From the NCBI GenBank assembly GCA_029261595.1, contig JAJDAZ010000036.1:12852-76851 (forward strand): a stretch of 64,000 bases of DNA. The letters are read 5' to 3'. This stretch comes from Nitrospinaceae bacterium (GTDB lineage: Bacteria > Nitrospinota > Nitrospinia > Nitrospinales > VA-1). The notes below the pieces were generated by a model. That model saw nothing but the letters and a program-made list of their open reading frames with translations, was not told the origin of the DNA and did not search any database. Made by a program: the position numbers and the translations under genes. Shown here one piece after another: positions 27,582 to 35,459 of this stretch (position 1 is its first letter; every line of letters begins with the position of its first letter).

Positions 27582-27609
27582 GCAGGGAAGCGGATAACCG
27601 CTCCCCTGC
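27582..27609. terminator. hairpin between the convergent activator and nirK genes
   Basis: GCAGGGAAGCGG-ATAA-CCGCTCCCCTGC (11 of 12 bp). No clear U-tract on either side. Confidence 0.35.
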
Positions 27610-27625
27610 CTTGACCTGAAACAAT

Positions 27626-28627
27626 TTACTTAATGGATTTGAACACTGAAGGATCTTCTTTCCCGGTAGCGGAGATGATGCCGGCCGCGCCTTTGGCCAC
27701 ACGGAAAATACTGTGGTCCACCAGAAGATAATCCCCCGGCACGTCGATTTTGAACTCGACGATGGTCGCGCCAGCCGAAGGCACCAATGTGGTCTGCACG
27801 TTATGATTGACCGCACCGTCCAGTGAGCCTTCTACGTTCACTTTGTCAAAAATCTCGCCGATGACATGAAACGAGGACGCGCTGTTTGGCCCGATATTGC
27901 CAAAATAAATTCTCACCGTATCCCCCGCTTTCGCTTTCAATACATTGTCCCCCGTCAACGCTCCCGCTTTGCCGTTGAACACCACATGGTCGGGATGCTC
28001 GGCCAGGCCCTTTTCCATGGACAGCTCGGATATGCCTTTTTTGTCTGAAGGCTTGGTGAAAAATTCGCTTTGCAGGACATAATACTCATGGTCCACTTTG
28101 GCCAATCCTTTTTCAGGCTCGACCAGAATCAGGCCGTACATGCCGTTAGCGATATGCGCCGGAATGTTCGGAATGGGAGAGGCACAATGGTAAATATACA
28201 ATCCGGGGTTCAGAGTCTTAAATTGAAAAACAGCTGTATCACCCGGCCCTACCAAGCTGACAGCCGCTCCGCCGCCGGGTCCATTGACCGCATGAATGTC
28301 TATATTGTGAGGAAATTCACTGTCCTTATGGTTCGACAAATGAAACTCAACCGTATCGCCTACCCGCACACGAGCCATAGGACCCGGAACCGTTCCGTTG
28401 AAACTCCAGAATTTATATTTTTTACCATCGGCCAAGTCGCCCACATATTCCTTCGCCTCAAACTTAATCACGACTTTGGCGGGAGCGGTTCTTTTGATAG
28501 GTGCCGGCACGTTGGGAGCTGTCGTCAATTGCGCATTCTCAGCCTGTGCATGGCCTGCGCTCAAAAGACCCATCACGACAGCATAGCCTGCCCACTTCAA
28601 CCGATTGGAAAATTTATTCAAAACCAT
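27626..28627 (-). CDS. nirK: copper-containing nitrite reductase (NO-forming)
   Basis: Signal peptide. Type 1/type 2 Cu ligand motifs HNIDIHAVNGPGGG, YIYHCASPIPNIPAHIANGMYG, SFHVIGEIFD, LLVDHSIFRVAKGAAG. AAGGAGG SD. Confidence 0.9.
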   Translation of the reverse strand: MVLNKFSNRLKWAGYAVVMGLLSAGHAQAENAQLTTAPNVPAPIKRTAPAKVVIKFEAKEYVGDLADGKKYKFWSFNGTVPGPMARVRVGDTVEFHLSNHKDSEFPHNIDIHAVNGPGGGAAVSLVGPGDTAVFQFKTLNPGLYIYHCASPIPNIPAHIANGMYGLILVEPEKGLAKVDHEYYVLQSEFFTKPSDKKGISELSMEKGLAEHPDHVVFNGKAGALTGDNVLKAKAGDTVRIYFGNIGPNSASSFHVIGEIFDKVNVEGSLDGAVNHNVQTTLVPSAGATIVEFKIDVPGDYLLVDHSIFRVAKGAAGIISATGKEDPSVFKSIK

Positions 28628-28684
28628 TACTACCTCCTTATATATGAATAACTGATTTATCTAACTTCGTTACGTAACAAGGAA

Positions 28685-28700
28685 AGCAAGTTTTGCGCCA
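28685..28700 (-). promoter_or_regulatory. sigma-54 (-24/-12) promoter of nirK
   Basis: Minus strand 5'-TGGCGCAAAACTTGCT-3', versus consensus TGGCAC-N5-TTGCW. Correct GG-N10-GC spacing. About 58 nt upstream of the ATG. Confidence 0.6.
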
Positions 28701-28800
28701 AGCCAAAACTCAATCACAAAAAGCAACTCCTCCACCTTTATTCTTAAGGGGTTAGAAAAATAACACTTTATAAACGTCCTGAAATACCTCGCGAAAACTA

Positions 28801-28834
28801 TTGCATTATCAAAATGCAACACATCCTATGCAAC
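28801..28834. promoter_or_regulatory. candidate enhancer/operator cluster (TTGCAT-N7-ATGCAAC-N7-ATGCAAC)
   Basis: Inverted and direct copies of ATGCAA(C), 100-135 nt upstream of the nirK -24 box. The same heptamer occurs at 26161-26167 upstream of the activator gene. Confidence 0.3.
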
Positions 28835-28847
28835 AGACACTAAAATG

Positions 28848-28876
28848 TTGACAGGAATATTTTGATTATCAATAAT
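28848..28876 (+). promoter_or_regulatory. candidate sigma-70 promoter for mobBA-moeA
   Basis: TTGACA (28848-28853), 17-nt spacer, AATAAT (28871-28876). Confidence 0.35.
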
Positions 28877-28988
28877 AAGCTAATTCACCATTTTTTATAT
28901 ATTTACAAGCCGCAAACGAGAATGCATTTTCGTATTATCAAGCCAACCGCGCTCGTTCAGGGTAACTAATAAAAGGTACGCTAAATAA

Positions 28989-30203
28989 ATGGACGTTTAC
29001 TGGGAAAATTTTAAAACCCCCTTCCTTTGTATTGCGGGGTATTCCGGGGTGGGGAAAACAACCCTCCTCGAAGACCTCATCAAACGGTTCAACGCGGAAA
29101 ACTTCAGCGTGGGTTATTACAAACACGACGCGCATCGGTTTGCGATAGATAAAGAAGGTAAAGACACCCATCGGGCCAGATCAGCGGGAGCGGGCATCAT
29201 CACCATCAACGATCCCAATCATTTCGCGATGGTTGGCGATAATAATTTCAAGAAATGGACCATCACCCACGCATTGGAACAGTGCGACTGCATCCTCATT
29301 GAAGGTTACAAGAAATCTCCCTTCAATAAGATTGTTTTCCTGGATGCAAAGGGGGACTTGCCGATTCCCCTGGAGACGCCTGGAATCAAAGCCGTCGTTC
29401 ATCAGGGAGTGGTCAACGACCGCCGCCTTGAGGAAAGGATGATGCCGTTGTTTCATCGCGACGACCTGAAAAATATATACGAGTTTGTCCGCACCCATTT
29501 TATAAGCTGTGCCAGTCCTCTTTATGGGGCCGTATTTGTTGGCGGACAGAGCAAACGCATGGGCAAACCCAAATTTTCTCTTTCCTATAATAACGGCGTT
29601 CCGGAAACCGAGCGGATGATAAAGCTCCTCAACCCGTTTTGCGAAAAAATATTCATCTCCTCACGATCCGACCTGGATATGGGACCGTTGGCGAATCTGC
29701 CGGACGTCGAACGGGTCAACGACGACCACATCGGTCTCGGTCCCGTGGGCGGCCTGGCCACGCTAATGTCCCGTCACCCGGACAAAGCCTGGATGATCAC
29801 CGCCTGCGACATGCCGTTCATCCAGGAGAAAAATTTTGACACCATCCTCAGGGAAAGAGACCCCTTGCGTTATGGAACCTGTTATGTCCAGGAAAAGGTT
29901 CCGCAAAAAAGTTCGAATGGCTCTAGAGAAGATCTATCGCAGGCGAACAGCGAATCCGGCGACTCGCTGAGGGTCGAGCCCATGTGCGCCATTTACGAAC
30001 CGAAGTTTATACTTCCTTTATTTGAATCCATGTCTCGACAGGAACTTTCTTTGTCCCGGACCATTCGCGAACTGCCATTCAAACAAGTCAAAATCCCGGA
30101 TCAAGACCGGAATAATTTCATGAACACCAATACCCCGGAAGAATACGAAGCCGCCCGTCTGAAGCGGGAGCAAGTGCGGGAACAGGAGAAAAACGCATTA
30201 TGA
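28989..30203 (+). CDS. mobBA: fused MobB (N-terminal) / MobA (C-terminal): molybdopterin-guanine dinucleotide biosynthesis
   Basis: MobB P-loop GYSGVGKTTLLEDLI..KHD.H. MobA motifs GAVFVGGQSKRMG, GLGPVGGL, ITACDMPFI, NTNTPEEY. Confidence 0.85.
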   Translation: MDVYWENFKTPFLCIAGYSGVGKTTLLEDLIKRFNAENFSVGYYKHDAHRFAIDKEGKDTHRARSAGAGIITINDPNHFAMVGDNNFKKWTITHALEQCDCILIEGYKKSPFNKIVFLDAKGDLPIPLETPGIKAVVHQGVVNDRRLEERMMPLFHRDDLKNIYEFVRTHFISCASPLYGAVFVGGQSKRMGKPKFSLSYNNGVPETERMIKLLNPFCEKIFISSRSDLDMGPLANLPDVERVNDDHIGLGPVGGLATLMSRHPDKAWMITACDMPFIQEKNFDTILRERDPLRYGTCYVQEKVPQKSSNGSREDLSQANSESGDSLRVEPMCAIYEPKFILPLFESMSRQELSLSRTIRELPFKQVKIPDQDRNNFMNTNTPEEYEAARLKREQVREQEKNAL

Positions 30204-31411
30204 GCATGGTAACCGTCGATCAAGCATTGGAAACGATCCTCTCTAAAATTAAATTCAAGGGAGTGGAAAAGATACCTATCGGCGAGTCTCTGGGCCGGAC
30301 CCTCACAGAGGACATCGTCGCCCGTAGAAACAATCCGCCGCTCGACAATTCCGCGATGGACGGGTACGCCCTGATCGCCGAGGACATTCAATCGGCCACC
30401 CCGGAGAACCCCGTACCGCTGGACGTGACGGAAGAAATCGCCGCCGGGTATCAATCCGACGTCACCTTAAAGTCCGGGCAGGCTTTTCGCATCATGACCG
30501 GTGCTCCTATCCCCAAGGGAGCCAACGCGGTGCTCATGCAGGAAGACACGGACCGAGACGGCGACACCGTAATGGTCAAGGACAAAGCCGATGCGGGGGA
30601 AAACATCCGGCTGGCCGGAGAAGATGTCCGTTCGGGCGAAACTGTGATCCCTAAAGGTTCTGTTATCACTCCGGCGCAAATCGGCATGATGGCGGTGGTG
30701 GGCCGGTCGCAGGTGTACGTCAGCCAGCAACCCCGGGTGGCCATCCTGTCTACCGGCGATGAGATCAAAGACTTGGACGGCGAACTGACAGGCCCCTGCA
30801 TTTACAACAGCAACGGATACATGCTCTCAGCGCAGATCAGGTCAGCGGGAGGGATTCCGGTTTATCTCGGCATCGCCCGCGATACGGAAGAAGACCTGAT
30901 GGAAAAATTCAACTGGGCTTTGGAGTGCGACCTCGTTGTCTCCTCCGGCGGGGTGTCGGTCGGCGACTACGATCTGGTCAAAGCGAGCTTAAAAAAAATG
31001 GGCCAGGACATGCTGTTCTGGAAGGTGGCCATGAAGCCGGGGAAACCGCTGGCGTTTGGGAAAATCGGTGACACCCCTATTTTTGGATTGCCGGGCAACC
31101 CGGTTTCCTCTTTTGTTTCATTTGAGCAATTTGTCCGCCCCTCCATCAAAAAAGTTCTGGGGCTCAGAGAGCTGACTGCAAAAGTCGTCCAGGCCAGGCT
31201 GACTCGTGACATCCGTAAAAAAGCCGGACGACTGCATTTTTTGACTTCTGTGGTCTCCTGGGACAACGGGCAATGCACCGTGACCCCTGCCCAGGAACAG
31301 GGATCGGGCATACTCAAATCCACCGTCAAAGCCAATGGACTTCTGGTTTTTCCCCTCGAAGCCACCGAGATAAAGGAAGGAACCCAGGTGTCGGTTCAAC
31401 TGCTCGAATAA
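30200..31411 (+). CDS. moeA: molybdopterin molybdenumtransferase
   Basis: Typical MoeA pattern: VDQALETIL, DNSAMDGYAL, RIMTGAPIP.GA.AV, STGDE, SGGVSVGDYD, KPGKP..FG, GLPGNPVSS. ATGA overlap with mobBA. Confidence 0.9.
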   Translation: MSMVTVDQALETILSKIKFKGVEKIPIGESLGRTLTEDIVARRNNPPLDNSAMDGYALIAEDIQSATPENPVPLDVTEEIAAGYQSDVTLKSGQAFRIMTGAPIPKGANAVLMQEDTDRDGDTVMVKDKADAGENIRLAGEDVRSGETVIPKGSVITPAQIGMMAVVGRSQVYVSQQPRVAILSTGDEIKDLDGELTGPCIYNSNGYMLSAQIRSAGGIPVYLGIARDTEEDLMEKFNWALECDLVVSSGGVSVGDYDLVKASLKKMGQDMLFWKVAMKPGKPLAFGKIGDTPIFGLPGNPVSSFVSFEQFVRPSIKKVLGLRELTAKVVQARLTRDIRKKAGRLHFLTSVVSWDNGQCTVTPAQEQGSGILKSTVKANGLLVFPLEATEIKEGTQVSVQLLE

Positions 31412-31574
31412 ATTCGCCATTCAGAAAAAAATATTGTAACTTAAGTTTCAGGAATACAATGGCATATGTAACCCTTGCCCCTCAATGACGCCATCTCATA
31501 TGCCGCCAGTCAGTTTCCATATGGTTCTGAATAAAAGGTCTTCAATATTGAATAAACCCAACCCCATTTTTAAT

Positions 31575-33422
31575 ATGAAAATAAAGCAAGCAACGGTTTT
31601 CTGCCTCGCGCTCGCTCTCTTGTTTCTTTCATCCACACCCGTGTTCGCCCAACGCGGGGAGTCCGACGCCAGTCTCGATCGAATCGTCGGGCAAATCGAA
31701 TCCATGTTTCCTCCGGTGGAGGGATATGTAATATCCGTAGACGGAGATATTCTGACCCTCGACCTGAAACAGGGACAGGCGATTCAAAGCGGCGACCGTT
31801 TAAATATCATCCGGTACGGCAAAGATATCATTCATCCCGTAACCAAAAAAAAGGTGGGCAGAAAAGAAACCGATCTCGGAAGCGTTCAAATCACCGAGGT
31901 GCGCAAAGACTTTTCCCTGGGCAAGGCCGACACCCCGGATGCGAAGGTGAAAGTCGGCGACGGAGTGCGCAGTCCTTTTCAAAAACTTTCATTTATTATC
32001 GCCCCTCCTAAAATTGCCACGAAAAAAAGGGTGGATGCCAACCGGCTGCGTTTGAATCTGGAAGATGGATTGAAACGCCACCCCCGGTTTGATGTGCCTT
32101 CGTTCGATCTGGGCGTGTGGATGCTGAAGAACAACTTGAACCAGAAGACCATGCTGAAATCTGAAAACCTCGAACAACTGGCGGGCGAGGTTCTGGCCGA
32201 CTATATCCTCGTCCCGAAGGTGCGGTCGCTAAAAAGCAAAACGGTTCTGAGTTACCAGTTATTCTCCACTTTGGACGGAACGCTGCAGAAACAAGCGGAA
32301 ATCCTGACGGACCAATTACCAGTTGCGCCTAAAGTGGCTAAAAGATCCCGCGGAGAAGAAGACGTGCAGAGCAGTTTTGCACCCCAGAGGGAGAGCTTGT
32401 TCCAGTTTGTCGGCAAACAAGAATTTTCCTTTCCCATTGTCGACTTTGATATTGGAGATATCAACGGCGACGGCAAAAAGGAATTCGTCGTTATCGACAG
32501 AAGCAGGATCATCATCTACCAATATGCAAATAATAAATTCAAGCGCATAGCTCAGGTGAAAACGCCAAAAGGCAGGAATTATTTTTTGGGGGTCGATGTG
32601 GGAGACATCAACGGCAACGGCAGGGATGAAATTTTCGTCACCAATCAGAACGGCAGCGAACTGGACTCTTTTGTCGTGGAGTTTCTTCCCGGAAGCAAGG
32701 CTCCAAAACACATCTGGAAAAATGTCAGGCTGTATTTCAGAATCATCCACCCTTTCGACTCCAAACCGACTCTACTGGCGCAGACCCCTGGGTTTCAGGA
32801 CCCTTTCAATGGTCCCATCAAAACGATGAAGTATAAAAACAAACAGTATTCCGATGATCGGGAATTAAAAATGCCCTCCATATACGGGACGGAATTCATT
32901 ATCTACGGAATAACCCAAACCGATTTAAATGCCAACGGGTTACCGGATACAATTCTGCTTGACAAGGAATACCGTTTGCGAGTATATTCTGCCAAAGGTC
33001 GCATGATAGTAAAGTCTAGCGATTATTATGGCCATGATCCCCGAATGATTGACGTTGGGGTTCAGGAAGACGTTGCTGGAATCGTCACTCAAGGAGAATC
33101 GGTTCGGTTCAGAGGGCGACTAGAGTTGGTTAAAACTGCAAAGGGCCAGTTCCTTCTCCTGCCCAGGAATCATATGTTTGGCGGCGGGGAGATTGTCAAA
33201 ACAGTATTCGTGGAAAACAGCAATCTTGTCGTTCTTGGCATCACCCGTGAAGGATTTGAAAAAGTATTTGAAACCAAGAAGCAACAGGGTTACCTTTCAG
33301 CCTACCAAGTAATGGACTTACCTAACAGCTCAAATAAGCAGGTGCATGTGGCAACGGTAGAGGCAGCCGGGCTATTAGGAAAAGAAACCAGTGTGATTTA
33401 TACATACGATTGGCAGAATTAA
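31575..33422 (+). CDS. secreted FG-GAP/VCBS-repeat protein
   Basis: Start at the internal Met gives signal peptide MKIKQATVFCLALALLFLSSTPVFAQ. FG-GAP-type Ca-binding loops DIGDINGDGKKEFVV, DVGDINGNGRDEIFV, TDLNANGLPDTIL. Confidence 0.7.
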   Translation: MKIKQATVFCLALALLFLSSTPVFAQRGESDASLDRIVGQIESMFPPVEGYVISVDGDILTLDLKQGQAIQSGDRLNIIRYGKDIIHPVTKKKVGRKETDLGSVQITEVRKDFSLGKADTPDAKVKVGDGVRSPFQKLSFIIAPPKIATKKRVDANRLRLNLEDGLKRHPRFDVPSFDLGVWMLKNNLNQKTMLKSENLEQLAGEVLADYILVPKVRSLKSKTVLSYQLFSTLDGTLQKQAEILTDQLPVAPKVAKRSRGEEDVQSSFAPQRESLFQFVGKQEFSFPIVDFDIGDINGDGKKEFVVIDRSRIIIYQYANNKFKRIAQVKTPKGRNYFLGVDVGDINGNGRDEIFVTNQNGSELDSFVVEFLPGSKAPKHIWKNVRLYFRIIHPFDSKPTLLAQTPGFQDPFNGPIKTMKYKNKQYSDDRELKMPSIYGTEFIIYGITQTDLNANGLPDTILLDKEYRLRVYSAKGRMIVKSSDYYGHDPRMIDVGVQEDVAGIVTQGESVRFRGRLELVKTAKGQFLLLPRNHMFGGGEIVKTVFVENSNLVVLGITREGFEKVFETKKQQGYLSAYQVMDLPNSSNKQVHVATVEAAGLLGKETSVIYTYDWQN

Positions 33423-33703
33423 TTAATCATTGAGAGATTTTTGAGTTTTCTTGTGAAAATATCAACTAAATTTCAGCAAATTCGACCAAACGGGTTGAGG
33501 ATTGGAGGTGAAGGAGGTTAGGGAACTTCCTTAAACCCCTAAAAAATGATTGATTATTACTGATTTATAGTTTATACTTTCGCTGTAACGCTAAGTACCC
33601 CAATCAGGGGACCCCCCCCTACGGAATAAGGATATTAGACATTTTTAGTAGGAATGTTTGTTTAACCTTTTTTAGGAACCATTCTTCTTTGGAGGAGACA
33701 GGT

Positions 33704-35257
33704 ATGAGAAAGAATTTGTTTACAGTTGCAATGATGGTCACGGCGTTCTTCGTCGGAACCACTATTGCGCAAGCAGTGAGCGTGGAATGGGGCGGACAGC
33801 TTCGACCTCGCTTCGAGTACAATGAGCAGGCGTTTTTTAGCGGCGCAGGAGGAACGAGCACAGCCTCTCTTCCGAATGCAGGAACCAGAGATGGCGACTA
33901 TTTCGTCAGTTCCCGGATTCGCCTGCATGCCAAGGCAGACATCCTTCCCGACACCAGCGCATTCATTCAACTCCAGAGCGTTAGAAACTGGGGTAATGAC
34001 CTGGAGGCGCTTAGTGCGAATCAGCCCACAACTGTTGGTGCAGGACCGGGCGGCGGTGGTACCTCCGGTGGTTCCGGTAACGCGGCCTTTTCTCCGAGTG
34101 ACAACGATAACTCCGTTGGCGTTCATCAGGCTTACTTCACCCTGAAGAATTTCGCCACACTGCCTGTAGACTTAAAAGTGGGACGGCAGGAAGTTGTGCT
34201 TGACGGTCACAGGATTTTGGGTAACACGGGATGGACCCAGGGAGCGCAAACTCACGATGCAGTTCGCCTGACCCATCACGAAGGCAACCACACCCTGGCT
34301 TATGTTTACAGCTTGGGCAATGAAGGCTCACGCGGAATTTTCAGCACTAGCTCTGCTAACGACAATGAAGATATAGAAATCCATGTTCTTTATGCCAATA
34401 TGCAAGGCATCCTGGGCGGCGGTTTATCTCTGTACTTTGTCGGTCTGCAGGATGAATTCACCGGTGCCAACTCATCAGCGAAGATCCTCGATAATAATTT
34501 TTACACCGTTGGTGCCCGCCAGGCAGGTCAACTTTATGGCATCGATTACCGGCTTGAGTATTACTACCAGTTCGGCGATGCTGAAGGTGACGCGACTACC
34601 GCAAACACCGGAGCAGCTGGTACACCCTATGCTACAAACGGAGCAGGGGTCCCTGGCTCATCAGCAACCAACCCTGGTGTTGATAGAGGCGCTTACATGT
34701 TCGGCGCTCGCTTGGGTAAAAAGTTCAATAACGTCATGTGGAAACCGTCAATTACCTTCTGGTATGACTATCTTTCCGGCACCTCTGATGAGGACGCTCG
34801 TGACGGTGATTTCGACACCTTTAACACCTTGTTCGACACAGGTCATAAATTCTACGGATTTATGGACCTTTTCCTGTCCAACGTAGGCGCTGGTACAGGC
34901 CGCCTTGGTCTGGTTGACTATGCTGTTAAAACATCGATTCAACCTGCCAAAGGCTGGAAAATTAAAGCCGACTGGCATTATTTCACCACGGCGGAAAGTG
35001 TCAACGCCAACACCAATTTCTCAGGATCGACGGTTGATTCCGTCGGTGCCGCTAAGAGTGGTGGAGACGATGACACCCTTGGTAACGAGCTCGATTTGAC
35101 CCTCGTTCACAAGTACAACGCCAACACCACCATCAGTGCAGGTTATTCCAAGTTCTGGCAGGAGTCCGCTTTCGAATTGCTGAACGGCGCCGCTTCTTCC
35201 ACCATTACTGTAAGCCCTGCGGATTGGGCGTACCTGATGTTTGATGTGAAGTTCTAA
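33704..35257 (+). CDS. outer-membrane beta-barrel porin (alginate-export-like family)
   Basis: SD ggagga. Signal peptide MRKNLFTVAMMVTAFFVGTTIAQA. WGGQLRPRFEY start, alternating beta-strand pattern, C-terminal ..YLMFDVKF ending in Phe. Confidence 0.7.
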   Translation: MRKNLFTVAMMVTAFFVGTTIAQAVSVEWGGQLRPRFEYNEQAFFSGAGGTSTASLPNAGTRDGDYFVSSRIRLHAKADILPDTSAFIQLQSVRNWGNDLEALSANQPTTVGAGPGGGGTSGGSGNAAFSPSDNDNSVGVHQAYFTLKNFATLPVDLKVGRQEVVLDGHRILGNTGWTQGAQTHDAVRLTHHEGNHTLAYVYSLGNEGSRGIFSTSSANDNEDIEIHVLYANMQGILGGGLSLYFVGLQDEFTGANSSAKILDNNFYTVGARQAGQLYGIDYRLEYYYQFGDAEGDATTANTGAAGTPYATNGAGVPGSSATNPGVDRGAYMFGARLGKKFNNVMWKPSITFWYDYLSGTSDEDARDGDFDTFNTLFDTGHKFYGFMDLFLSNVGAGTGRLGLVDYAVKTSIQPAKGWKIKADWHYFTTAESVNANTNFSGSTVDSVGAAKSGGDDDTLGNELDLTLVHKYNANTTISAGYSKFWQESAFELLNGAASSTITVSPADWAYLMFDVKF

Positions 35258-35274
35258 GTTTCATCTGTTTTATC

Positions 35275-35328
35275 AAAACCCTCGGTTCGGCATTTTGCCG
35301 GCCGGGGGTTTTTTTTTGGTTTTTTTAT
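35275..35328 (+). terminator. intrinsic terminator after the porin gene
   Basis: AAAACCCTCGGTTCGGC / GCCGGCCGGGGGTTTT stem (one bulged nt), followed by a long T-run. Confidence 0.75.
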
Positions 35329-35459
35329 TTAAAATCAATGCATGCTATTTTGAAAAACCCTTTTCCTATTTCCAGGATTGATCGGGCTTCTTCCACTTTG
35401 CACCCTCTTGAAATCCTTCATTCAAAAATTTTAAGAGTCACTTAAATCCTTCTCAATAA

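Noticed and set aside
28862-28872. TTGATTATCAA palindrome as an FNR/CRP-type box in the nirK-mobBA region
   Set aside because: FNR/CRP sites need TTGAT-N4-ATCAA. Here the half-sites are separated by 1 nt, so it is treated only as one copy of the ATTATCAA repeat.
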